A stretch of DNA of 64,000 nucleotides. Source: Dehalococcoidia bacterium. GTDB lineage: Bacteria > Chloroflexota > Dehalococcoidia > Lucifugimonadales > UBA3495. Each line of letters opens with the position of its first letter. Positions within the stretch are counted from its first letter, which is position 1. Positions 48,259 to 57,420 of the stretch are shown here, one piece after another. Position numbers and translations under genes: made by a program. The notes under the pieces were generated by a model, which had not been told where the DNA came from, did not search any database, and was given only the letters and a program-made list of their open reading frames with translations. The stretch lies in the NCBI GenBank assembly GCA_963665155.2, contig OY761986.2:215789-279788 (forward strand), in the 5' to 3' direction.

Positions 48259-49726
48259 CCTAGTATTACAACGTCAGTTAGTTTGATAGGATGACTGTGT
48301 AGCTGGAGAGGGAATAGGCGGGTGAGGTGGGGATGTGGATGCGGCAGCTTTCGAGCAGGTGTACGGGTCATTTCGGGATTTTCACGCTTACTTCGCGCCG
48401 CTGTTTGGCCGCCGGGAGACGCGGGAGCACAGCGGTCATTATCTCCAGGCCCTGCTGGTACAGTCTGGGGAGCGGCGCAACGCTGAGAACCTGTCGGAGA
48501 CGGTTCCGGGGTCAGCCCGAGGGATGCAGCGGTTTCTCACCGATTCTCCCTGGGACGATGAGGTGATTATAGGACGGCTGCAGGAGTACCTGGGAACCCG
48601 GCTGGAGCATCCGGAAGGGGTGTGGGTGCTGGACGGCAGCGACTTTCCCAAGCAGGGGAGGAAGTCGGTGGGAGTGGCCCGGCAGTACTGCGGGAGGCTG
48701 GGGAAGGTGGCCAACTGCCAGGCGGGGATGTTCCTGGCCTATGTCAGCCCGTTGGGACGGGCATTGGTGGACAAGGGGCTGTATCTGCCCGAGAGTTGGA
48801 CCTCGGACAAAGACCGGTGTGAGGCGGCGGGTGTGCCGGAGGATAGGCAGGGCTACCGGTCCAAGACGGAGTTGGCCTTGGAGATGGTGGGGCGGGCACA
48901 GGAGCGGGGCCACCTGAAGGCTGGATGGGTCGCGGCGGACGACGCCTTCGGGATGTCGCCGTCCTTCCGGGAGGGCCTGGCGGCCTTGGGGATGTGGTAC
49001 GTGCTGGACGTTCCGTCCGGCTTTACGGTGTGGCCGCCGGAGCCTGCCTGGACCAGTGCGGAGTATCAGGGATTCGGGCGTCCCCGCAAACCCAGGCTGC
49101 GAGACGGTCAGCGCCGGACCATGGAGCAGCGCAGCGACGAGTTGCCGGAGGAGGCCTGGCGTGAGATTACGGTGGCCGAGGGAAGCCAGGGGCCACGCAG
49201 CTACCTTTTCAGCGCCCAGAGGGTGCGACCGACCAGCAGGCGCAAGCCCGGCGAAATCCACTGGGCCGTCTACCGCCGGAACCGGGACGGCAGCGAACCC
49301 CGCTACTACCTGTCCAATGCTCCGGAGGATACCCCGTTGGAGACCCTGGCATACGTGGGAGGCTCCCGTTGGCGTATAGAAACGGAGTTTGAGACGGAGA
49401 AAAGCGACGTAGGCCTGGACGAGTACGAGACCCGCACCTGGGCTGGCTGGCATCACCACGTGGCCCTGTGCCTGCTGGGCGGAGCTTTTCTGCTGAGCCT
49501 GCAACAGGCTTGGGGGGAAAAAGATGCCCCGGATCACGAGGCCGCAGGTCTACCGGGTGGTGCGGGAAATGCTGCCCCGGGAACGGTTCGGGCCAACCGA
49601 GTTGCTGCGGTGGCTTGAGGATACGCAGGACAGTAACGAACGGGCCAAACGCTCCCATGCCAAGCGCCGCGCCGCCATGCGGGCATCACCCCACATCCCT
49701 CCCTGAACTGACGTTGTAATACTAGG
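48259..49726 (+). mobile_element. IS701-family insertion sequence (1468 bp) with 21-bp perfect terminal inverted repeats
   Basis: IRL is CCTAGTATTACAACGTCAGTT (48259-48279). IRR is its exact reverse complement (49706-49726). Confidence 0.9.
48335..49706 (+). CDS. IS701-family DDE transposase, frameshifted near 49512-49523
   Basis: GRRETREHSGHYLQALL..., RWRIETEFETEKSDVGLDEYETRTWAGWHHH. The C-terminus (MPRITRPQVYRVVREML...) is in another frame after the G6A5 run. Confidence 0.85.
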
Positions 49727-49732
49727 GGAAAG

Positions 49733-49777
49733 TCCCCCTTCGTAAAAGGGGGATTTAGGGGGATTTAGGGGGATTTC
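49733..49777. repeat. hairpin plus 3x tandem GGGGGATTTA, related to 43919-43964
   Basis: TCCCCCTT cgtaa AAGGGGGA is followed by GGGGGATTTA x3. It directly abuts the IS701 right end. Confidence 0.7.
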
Positions 49778-49883
49778 GTCTGTCCATCAAACTTAGATAA
49801 AATCCAACTGCCGACGCAAAGCCTGGAAAAAATTCCCAGGTATCCCTATATCAGGTATGCCTGTATATAGAAGGAGATAACCA

Positions 49884-50816
49884 ATGCGAATTGGATTAAT
49901 TTCCGGCGCTAGTCGCGAACCTGTCACCCTATCCGAGCAAGTGGAGCAGGCCGTAATGGCCGAAGCCGAAGGATTTGACTCCATTTGGTTCCCGCAACTC
50001 CCAACCTTCGGTTTCGACGCTCTTACGGTGATCGCATTGGCCGGAGGGAAGACTGAGCGAATTGAATTTGGAACTGCGGTCTTACCGACCTTCCCTACGC
50101 ATCCTCTGACCATGGCCAAACAAGCGTTAACCGCTCAGGTGGCCTGCGATGGGCGCCTGACTCTGGGCCTCGGCCTCTCCCATCAGCCAATGATCGAAGA
50201 TGTGATGGGTCTTTCCTACGAGAAGCCTGCAGCTCACATGCGAGAATACCTGGCGGTCACCAAGGCTCTGATCAATGACGGGCAGGTTGATTTTGACGGT
50301 CGGTTCTTCCGGGTAAAAGCCGAACTTACGGTTAGTGAGGCGACACCCGTTCCCATTGTAATCGCTGCGCTGGCGCCTAGGATGCTGCGGATGGCTGGCG
50401 AACTTGTGGATGGCACGGCAACCTGGATGGCGGGGGTAAAAACGGTGGGGGACCATGTCGCTCCCCGGATACAAGCCGCCGCCCAGTCAGCGGGTAAAAC
50501 CCCGGCCAGGGTTATCGTAGGACTGCCGTTGGCGGTGACCGATGACCCTCAGGGCGCCAGGGATGTCGCCGCTCGGGTCTTCGAGCGTTACGGCCAGTTG
50601 ACCAACTACCGCAGGCTCTTGGACATTGAAGGAGTTGAAGGGCCTTCCGAGGTTACGGTGGTTGGCGACGAACTCCATGTGGAACAGCAGCTTAAGGCTT
50701 TTGCCAGCGCTGGTGCTACCGAATTTATGGCCTCGGTTATGCCCGTCGGGAATGACGCCCAAGAGTCCGTCGCCCGGACCAAGCGCTTGTTGGCGAGCTT
50801 GGTGGGAAAACTTTAG
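49884..50816 (+). CDS. LLM-class F420-dependent oxidoreductase
   Basis: GGAGAT RBS. GFDSIWFPQ..., LTLGLGLSHQP. Confidence 0.85.
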   Translation: MRIGLISGASREPVTLSEQVEQAVMAEAEGFDSIWFPQLPTFGFDALTVIALAGGKTERIEFGTAVLPTFPTHPLTMAKQALTAQVACDGRLTLGLGLSHQPMIEDVMGLSYEKPAAHMREYLAVTKALINDGQVDFDGRFFRVKAELTVSEATPVPIVIAALAPRMLRMAGELVDGTATWMAGVKTVGDHVAPRIQAAAQSAGKTPARVIVGLPLAVTDDPQGARDVAARVFERYGQLTNYRRLLDIEGVEGPSEVTVVGDELHVEQQLKAFASAGATEFMASVMPVGNDAQESVARTKRLLASLVGKL

Positions 50817-50839
50817 CGGTTCACATAACGGTATGAGTC

Positions 50840-51590
50840 TTACTTGGCCGTGAATCCACCGTCGACAATTAGCTCGGTGCCGGTAATGTAGGATGCCTCG
50901 TCCGATGCCAGGAAAAGCACGGCGTTGGCTACCTCTTCCGGCTGGCCATCTCGGCCCATGGGTATGGAGTCCATCATTGCTTCCCTGGCGCTGTCTCCCC
51001 GCTGGAAAGACGTGAGCATCGGCGGCATGATGCCGGGGTGGACCGAGTTGACCCTGATGCCCTCCTTGGCGTGTTGGACGGCAGCGGCCTTGGTGACCAG
51101 CCGGACCGCTCCCTTTGAAGCGTTGTAGCCAGGATGGACTGCTTCTTGGCCCACGAAACCGGAGATTGAGGATATGTTGACGATGGATCCGCCGCCAACC
51201 GTCCGCATCTCCGGGACAGCGTATTTCATGCCAAGAAAGACTCGCTTGGCGTTGATGTTGAGCAGCCGGTCCCAAGCTTCGGTGCTGGTGTGGTCCTTTT
51301 CGCCGCTGCCGCTGATGCCAGCGTTGTTGACCAGGATATCCAGCTTGCCGAACTGGGCCACCACTTGGGCCCACCGCCTTCTCCCATTGGTCCTCTTGGG
51401 AAACGTCCAAAGCCACGAAAATGGCCTCGCCACCGGTGTCGGTGATCTCTGCCTCCAACCTGCGGCTGTCTTCCTCTCGTACGTCGGCGATGACCACCTT
51501 GGCTCCTTCTTGAGCGAACAATTTAGCCTCGGCGGCACCCATCCCGTGGGCTGCGCCGGTGATTAGAGCAACCTTGCCTGTTAGCCTCAT
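50840..51590 (-). CDS. SDR-family oxidoreductase, frameshifted at 51367-51372
   Basis: The N-terminus TGAAHGMG (51590 frame) and NNAG...YNASKGAV...PGIM (50840 frame) join as ...QWEKAV|AQVVAQFGKLDILVNNAG if one G is removed from GGGCCC. Confidence 0.85.
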
Positions 51591-51651
51591 GTCTCCTCCC
51601 TTCTGGTATGTCTATTTGTCAAAGTTATCGGCAAATGCTTCGTAAAATATT

Positions 51652-52872
51652 TCAAAGTACGATACCGTCGTCGACCCACGCCGTTAGTTCCTTAGTAGAT
51701 GCACCGAGCAAACCTTGGAGCACGTATTGGTTGTGCTGGCCCAGTAATGGGCTGGCTGAGCGTATGGTGGCGGGGGTTTCGCTGAGTACCCAAGGCGGAC
51801 CCTGAACTTTTTGACGGCCCAGAACCGGGTGCTCCACTTCCCTCCAAGCCTCACGGGCAATCAGGTGAGGATCCGAGGCCAGGGCTTCCCCGTTCATCGA
51901 GGGCGAGGCAGCGACGCTGGCTGATTGTAGCAGTTGGGCTGCTTCATCGGGAGTTTTGGCTTGAGTCCATATTTGAATCAGCGAGTCGAGAGCCTCCCCG
52001 TTCTGATGGCGAAGCGAGCGATCCTTGAATCGAGGGTCCGCGCTCCATTCGAGGTGGTCTGCGGCCTGGCAAAACGCTTCCCATTCCGCATCGGTGGATA
52101 CGGCGATGGTTACCCAAGCATCTCGGCCTTTGCACGGGTAGCACCCATGAGGCGCCATCACTGGGTGTTGATTTCCCTGGCGGTGGGCGATGGCCCCATT
52201 CATAGCGAAGTCCATGAGAGCTTCCCCGGTGAACATGGCTATGGATTCCCGCGAGGAAATATCTATAAATTGCCCTTCCCCGGTGCGCAGACGATGGAAG
52301 AGACCGCTCAAGATTGAAAATGCCGCCGTTGCGCCCACCCGGCAATCTATGCTGTCGTGTAACTCCGCCGGGGGTCCATCTGGGTAACCCGTCAGGTGGC
52401 CCAAACCGGATAGAGCATTGAAAGCCGGGGCATAACCGGGGTAGGAACTCTCGGGCCCGGTCCCTCCCGCGCCGGTGATGGATGCGAATACCAGAGTTGG
52501 ATTGATCCGGCGTAGCGTTTGATAACCTAGGCCCAAGCGGTCCATCACGCCGGGCCGCATGTTCTCCACCACTGCGTCGCTTATTCCCACCAAGCCATGG
52601 ACCAATCTGATGGCTTCCGGTTGCTTGAGGTTCACCTGAACGCTGAACTTGTCGAGATTAATAGTATTGAAGACGGGCGAACCGTCGGAGTCGTCGTAGG
52701 CGTAAGGCGGGCGCCGGGCGGCATCGAGCTGAGCTTCGCTCTCTATTTTGATGACCTCCGCGCCCAACAAGGCCAGCATCAAAGAAGGAAACGGCCCGGC
52801 CAAGAGGTTTGTCAGGTCCAACACTCGGACACCCCAAAGAGCGGGTCGAGGTTCGGAAGGGCTCGTCGTCAT
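51652..52872 (-). CDS. CaiB/BaiF-family (type III) CoA-transferase
   Basis: VRVLDLTNLLAGPF...LGAEVIKIE. 406 aa. Confidence 0.9.
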   Translation of the reverse strand: MTTSPSEPRPALWGVRVLDLTNLLAGPFPSLMLALLGAEVIKIESEAQLDAARRPPYAYDDSDGSPVFNTINLDKFSVQVNLKQPEAIRLVHGLVGISDAVVENMRPGVMDRLGLGYQTLRRINPTLVFASITGAGGTGPESSYPGYAPAFNALSGLGHLTGYPDGPPAELHDSIDCRVGATAAFSILSGLFHRLRTGEGQFIDISSRESIAMFTGEALMDFAMNGAIAHRQGNQHPVMAPHGCYPCKGRDAWVTIAVSTDAEWEAFCQAADHLEWSADPRFKDRSLRHQNGEALDSLIQIWTQAKTPDEAAQLLQSASVAASPSMNGEALASDPHLIAREAWREVEHPVLGRQKVQGPPWVLSETPATIRSASPLLGQHNQYVLQGLLGASTKELTAWVDDGIVL

Positions 52873-53175
52873 CAGACCACACCCGCCTTTAAGAGATCGG
52901 CCAATTCTCTCCGGAGGGCGGTTCGTAGGAGATTGTGAATGTTAGTCATCAAACCACACCCGCCTTTTTCAGATTGGCCAATTCTCCCCGGAGGGCGGTT
53001 CGTAGGGGATTGTGAATGTTGGTCATCAAACCACACCCGCCTTTTTCAGATTGGCCAATTCTCCCCGGAGGGCGGTTCGTAGGGGATTGTGAATGTTGGT
53101 CATCAGACCACACCCGCCTTTTGCAGATTGGCCAATTTTCCCTGAAGAGTGGTTCATAGGGGATTGTGAATGTTA
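52868..53175. repeat. 77-bp tandem repeat, 4 full copies (a fifth partial copy runs into the 3' end of 53180-54394)
   Basis: GTCATCA starts at 52868, 52945, 53022, 53099 and 53176, an exact period of 77. Copies 2 and 3 are identical. Confidence 0.95.
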
Positions 53176-53179
53176 GTCA

Positions 53180-54394
53180 TCAAACCACACCCGCCTTTTG
53201 CAGATTGGCCAATTCTAATGGAAGCAGGCCCAACTCTCCGCAGAAGATTTCCTCGTTGTGCTGACCCAACAATGGCGCTGGCTGGGGGGTCTCTTCCGCC
53301 ATACCGGAAAATCGGTAGGGACGTATCGGGTAAGAAAGCTCTCCGGCTTGGGGATGGACCACTGCCCGGAAGAAACGGCGTGCCTGCAGTTGTGGCGACC
53401 TATGAAGGTCGCGGGAGTCGGCATATAACCCCACCGGGCAACCGCTGGGGGCTACCTGGGAATAGATCTCATCTTTGCCCAGAGTCTCGGTCCACCGGGA
53501 AATCATAGAATTGACTTCACCGGCGTTCTGGATGCGGGCAGCCCGGTTCAAGAATCGCTCATCATCGGCCATTTCCGGTTGGCTCATGATCTCTACCAAG
53601 GCTCGCCATTGACGGTCTTCTCGGGGGTAGAGCATTACGTAGCCGTCACGGCAGGGGAAAATGCCGCCGTAGACGTAGCTGCGGGTCCGGCCGACAACTT
53701 GGCCTTCGGCGTCAGCCTGAGCCAACATGAGGCGGTTGAGGCCGAAGGTGGCTTCCTGTTTGGAAACGTCCACATGCTGGCCCACTCCCCAGACTTCCCT
53801 GGCGTAGAGGGCAGCGACGGTGCCGGAAGCGGCTATAGTTCCAGCGTCGTACTCGCCAAGATGAGTCCCAGCGGCCACGGGAGGCCGGTCGGGGAACCTG
53901 GAATGAGTAGCGCCGCCGGGCAGGGTGTAACCCTCACCCGAGGCGTGGAAAGTGTTGATGTGATGGGCCTTCCATTTAGACTGTGGACCGAATTGGCCGT
54001 ATGGCGTAACCGAGACGTAGACTAAAGCCGGATTGATTTCATGAAGTTGTGGGAAGCTCAGGCCCAAGACTTCCATTTGTCCGGGAGTCGAGTCTTCAAT
54101 TAGAACGTCGGCTATGGCCGCCAGCTTGAGGAACAACTCTTTGCCCATGGGTGTAGACGGGTCGAGGGTGATGCTGCGCTTGTTCAGGCTCAGGTGTAGA
54201 AAAAGTCCGCTTTTCTCCGGGTGAGGATTATTCTCCGGAAAGGGGCCGAAGTTCCGGGCCGGGTCGCCCGTCCCAGGGGGCTCAATTTTGATCACGTCCG
54301 CCCCCAAGTCCGCCAGCAGCTTCCCGCAGTACGGTCCGGCGGCGAACCCGGCGTACTCCAGTACCTTAATTCCCTTGAACGGAGAAGACACCAA
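53180..54394 (-). CDS. CaiB/BaiF-family CoA-transferase
   Basis: IKVLEYAGFAAGPYCGKLLADLGADVIKIE. 404 aa. Confidence 0.9.
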   Translation of the reverse strand: MVSSPFKGIKVLEYAGFAAGPYCGKLLADLGADVIKIEPPGTGDPARNFGPFPENNPHPEKSGLFLHLSLNKRSITLDPSTPMGKELFLKLAAIADVLIEDSTPGQMEVLGLSFPQLHEINPALVYVSVTPYGQFGPQSKWKAHHINTFHASGEGYTLPGGATHSRFPDRPPVAAGTHLGEYDAGTIAASGTVAALYAREVWGVGQHVDVSKQEATFGLNRLMLAQADAEGQVVGRTRSYVYGGIFPCRDGYVMLYPREDRQWRALVEIMSQPEMADDERFLNRAARIQNAGEVNSMISRWTETLGKDEIYSQVAPSGCPVGLYADSRDLHRSPQLQARRFFRAVVHPQAGELSYPIRPYRFSGMAEETPQPAPLLGQHNEEIFCGELGLLPLELANLQKAGVV

Positions 54395-54437
54395 ACACCT
54401 CCACTAGAGCGGTCAGCGGTCCGCTGATGGCTGACCG

Positions 54438-55685
54438 CTAAATCACCCCCTTGTCCCTAAGGGACTCGATCTCATCCCACGAGTAACCTGCGTCCAGCAG
54501 GACTTCCTCGGTATGCTGCCCCAGTTCGGGCGCGCCGCTTCGCACCTCCGGCTGGAGCCCGCTATAGGAGACCGGGAACCCGATGGTCTTGGTCTTGCCA
54601 AAGACTTCGTGGTCGTAATCAAACACAAATCCGTTGGCGGCTATCTGGGGGTCGAGTGGGATATCCTGGACGCTGTTGACGGGAGCGCAAATCAGGCCTT
54701 TTTCACGGCAAAGGGGTAGCCACTCGTCCCGGCTCTTTGTGGCTGTGGCCCTGTCGATAATTTCTATCAGTTGTTCGCAATGCTCGGCCCGGTTTCGCGT
54801 GGAGTTAAAATCCGGGTTGGACTCTACTTCATCTCCTAGGCCCAATACCTGGCAGAAATCGTGCCAGGATTGTTGGGGCCGGTTGATGGAGAACATGATC
54901 CACTGACCGTCGGCGCATGGGTACCAACCTACCAGTGGATTAAAGACCTTGGTTCGTGTGGGCCGCTTGGGCATCCGCCCGCCCATCAAGTAGATGTTGA
55001 AGGGCATGGCGTTTAGGTGTACCAGCGCTCCCAATAGTGATGCTTCCACTCGTTGGCCCTCTCCGGTCTTTTCCCTCCAGTAGAGAGCGCCGGTGACTGC
55101 TTGGACTAGCATTGTCGCACCCAACTGGTCGGCCGCTCCGGGAGTCATGTACTGCGGTGGGTCGCCTTCCTGGCCGATGAGGTGCATCATTCCGGACCAA
55201 GCGAAGGCCACGTTATCGAAAGAGCGCTCATCCGAGGAAGGTCCGTTTTCTCCGTATCCGCTGGCAACGGCGTAGATCAGACGGGGGTTCTCCAGGGCCA
55301 AATGCTCGTAGTCCAAGCCCAAGTTTTGCCTCACCACCCTTCGGTGGTTGGTAATCAGCACATCGGCCCCGGCGACCAGCTTCTTGAACAACTCCTGGCC
55401 TTCCGGGGATTTCAGGTTCAAGGTGATGGAGCGTTTGTTGCGGTTGGCCCCTTCGAACAAGACGTTGCGGCCCCCCGGCAACTCCAGAGAGACTCCCATG
55501 ATGCTGCGCCAAGTGCGGGCAATGTCCCCGTCAGGGTCCTCGACCTTCACGACATCGGCGCCCAAGTCGCCCAGCATATAGCCGGTGGCCGCGCCGTGGT
55601 GCGCTTGGGTCCAGTCGATGACTTTTATCCCGTCCAGTAGGTTGGGCAAGGTAGGGCCTCGTTGCCACTGAGGCCGGAAGGGCAC
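54438..55685 (-). CDS. CaiB/BaiF-family CoA-transferase
   Basis: IKVIDWTQAHHGAATGYMLGDLGADVVKVE. 415 aa. Confidence 0.9.
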   Translation of the reverse strand: MPFRPQWQRGPTLPNLLDGIKVIDWTQAHHGAATGYMLGDLGADVVKVEDPDGDIARTWRSIMGVSLELPGGRNVLFEGANRNKRSITLNLKSPEGQELFKKLVAGADVLITNHRRVVRQNLGLDYEHLALENPRLIYAVASGYGENGPSSDERSFDNVAFAWSGMMHLIGQEGDPPQYMTPGAADQLGATMLVQAVTGALYWREKTGEGQRVEASLLGALVHLNAMPFNIYLMGGRMPKRPTRTKVFNPLVGWYPCADGQWIMFSINRPQQSWHDFCQVLGLGDEVESNPDFNSTRNRAEHCEQLIEIIDRATATKSRDEWLPLCREKGLICAPVNSVQDIPLDPQIAANGFVFDYDHEVFGKTKTIGFPVSYSGLQPEVRSGAPELGQHTEEVLLDAGYSWDEIESLRDKGVI

Positions 55686-55787
55686 CGGGAAATGAAAAAG
55701 CTCCGAGCCTCCGCAGTCTAGTGGCCATCTAGGTATTCGCGCCTGTGTTAGGATAACCCAACGTAGCGAGACAAGCTATCAGTAATT

Positions 55788-55934
55788 AGCTATCAGCGAT
55801 CAGCCGTCAGCTTTCAGAAATGAGGCGGTTTAGGCTGAGCGGGCACATGGCTGGATTGGATGGCCTCGGGAAGGCTCAGGAAGGCTCGGATGGTAGGGCG
55901 CCAATCAAAAGCTGACCGCTGATTGCTGATAGCT
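55788..55934. repeat. 27-bp imperfect inverted repeat flanking 93 bp in a divergent intergenic region
   Basis: AGCTATCAGCGATCAGCCGTCAGCTTT (55788-55814) pairs with AAAGCTGACCGCTGATTGCTGATAGCT (55908-55934), 25/27 complementary. Confidence 0.8.
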
Positions 55935-55962
55935 GACAGCTAAAAACTCTGGAGGTTTTTTT

Positions 55963-56805
55963 ATGGAAGCAAAGTTCGTTCAAGCAGGCGACGTTAAGCT
56001 CCAATACTACCAACACGGTCACGGAAGCGAAGCTTTGGTACTGGTTCACGGGTATGTGTCTTCTGGCAGGATTTGGCGGCTAACTATGGAACAGTTGGAC
56101 CCGGCCCGTTTCAACGTAATCGCTCTAAATAACCGGGGCGCTGGCGAGTCGGCACGTGCGTCTAATGGGGTGCCCTTTGGGGAAGAGGCCTACACCGTGG
56201 AAAACTTCGCCAAAGACTTGCACAACGTTGTGGAGGCTTTGGGGCTAAACGGTTTCAATCTGGTTGGTCATTCCATGGGCGGCGCCACTGTAACCCAGTA
56301 CGCTCTGGCCCATCAAGACGCGATAAAGTCGTTGGTGTTGCTTAACTCTGCGCCTCTGAAAGGCCGGGATTTGGCACCGAACTGGGATGAGCCCATTAAG
56401 GAGCAGTTTCGCACCGGAGCGCCAGCGCAAGGGGATATGGGCTTCCAAGGGTCCCACATCACCGATGAGTTCAAAAGATTCGTTCTGGAAGACATTGGCC
56501 GAAACCCCATAGAGCGGGCCCTAGCGGGTCGGCCTTCCATGTCTCGCCTAAGGTTAAGGGAAAGGCTGAGCGAGATAAAAGTCCCGACCATGGTGGTGGG
56601 CGGCGACCGGGACGACACGGTGGGCGTCCACAACATCGTGGCCGACTATCTGGCCCTATCCGAGGAGTCGCGCTCCCTGCACATCTACCACGGCATCGGT
56701 CACTCGCCGAACGTTGAGGTGCCGGAGAGCTTGGCGGGGCTGCTGGGGCGGTTTGTGGCGGAGGTGGGGGTGAACGAAGCTACGCCTGCGCATATTGGTT
56801 TATAG
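55963..56805 (+). CDS. alpha/beta hydrolase
   Basis: GGAGG RBS. HGYVSSG..., nucleophile elbow GHSMGG, and C-terminal GIGHSPN. Confidence 0.85.
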   Translation: MEAKFVQAGDVKLQYYQHGHGSEALVLVHGYVSSGRIWRLTMEQLDPARFNVIALNNRGAGESARASNGVPFGEEAYTVENFAKDLHNVVEALGLNGFNLVGHSMGGATVTQYALAHQDAIKSLVLLNSAPLKGRDLAPNWDEPIKEQFRTGAPAQGDMGFQGSHITDEFKRFVLEDIGRNPIERALAGRPSMSRLRLRERLSEIKVPTMVVGGDRDDTVGVHNIVADYLALSEESRSLHIYHGIGHSPNVEVPESLAGLLGRFVAEVGVNEATPAHIGL

Positions 56806-56865
56806 ACCAAGTTGGAACTGGGGGTTTCCCAACCACAATTGTGGATAGCGGTTCTATCCCGCGAA

Positions 56866-56898
56866 ACAAAAAAGCCCCGACTTAATCGGGGGTTTTTT
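56866..56898. terminator. intrinsic terminator (A-tract, hairpin, T-tract)
   Basis: AAAAAAGCCCCGACTTAATCGGGGGTTTTTT. Confidence 0.8.
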
Positions 56899-56944
56899 GT
56901 AGTTGCCCTAACAGAGTAGTAGCCCAGAGTTTGAGCCCAAGACA

Positions 56945-57016
56945 TTAGGTGCTATCTTACGTCAAGCCGGCTTGAGTGTTCGGAGCTTTGTCGATGCAGC
57001 CGAGGAGATCTTGTGA
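56945..57016 (+). pseudogene. possible hicA toxin remnant (C-terminal ~23 codons only)
   Basis: LGAILRQAGLSVRSFVDAAEEIL* resembles a HicA C-terminus. Its TGA overlaps the hicB ATG. The frame is closed by TAA at 56909 with no start. Confidence 0.3.
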
Positions 57017-57282
57017 TGGAAAAGCGAAAAGTCACGGTGATTCTATTTCCTGGAGAAGATAGCGGCTATGTAGCGTACATGCCCCTGTTTCCTAGTTGCA
57101 CCACACAAGGGGAAACTGTCGAGGAAACCTTGCGAAATGCGAAAGAATCGTTGGAGCTAGCCCTAGAAGAAGCTACTGACACGGACCTAGAATGCCTGGA
57201 CTATTCGCACGCGAGGCACATCGTGCTGGGCGAAGTGGAGGTGGAGGTTTCGGGCCAGGTCAGGATATCCGCTAACCGGTAG
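57013..57282 (+). CDS. hicB: HicB-family antitoxin
   Basis: VTVILFPGEDSGYVAYMPLFPSCTTQGETVEETLRNAKESLELALEE, a typical HicB N-terminal fold. Confidence 0.75.
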   Translation: MMEKRKVTVILFPGEDSGYVAYMPLFPSCTTQGETVEETLRNAKESLELALEEATDTDLECLDYSHARHIVLGEVEVEVSGQVRISANR

Positions 57283-57420
57283 GGGGTTGCCAACTACACA
57301 TCTTCCACGTTTTCGCTCACGCCCCACATACAGGATATCTTTGAGATATAGTCCAGGTAAGACCGCTGGGGTCTCACACCTTCACCACTTCAGCCAGTAT
57401 ACGCTTACCAATATCCTGTT

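Noticed and set aside
48512-49537. 341-aa minus-strand ORF; similar cases at 60599-61915, 59726-60504, 32075-32815, 42979-43551, 45292-46164 and 4045-4764
   Set aside because: Each is antisense to a gene with clear family motifs (IS701 and IS5-like transposases, thiI, NHL, DUF1800, multi-HTH). Their composition is typical of GC-rich shadow ORFs.
52868-53175. CRISPR array interpretation of the 77-bp repeat (and of the 5380-5640 repeat)
   Set aside because: The units are directly abutting with no unique spacers. The unit length is far above CRISPR repeat size, and no cas genes are in the window.
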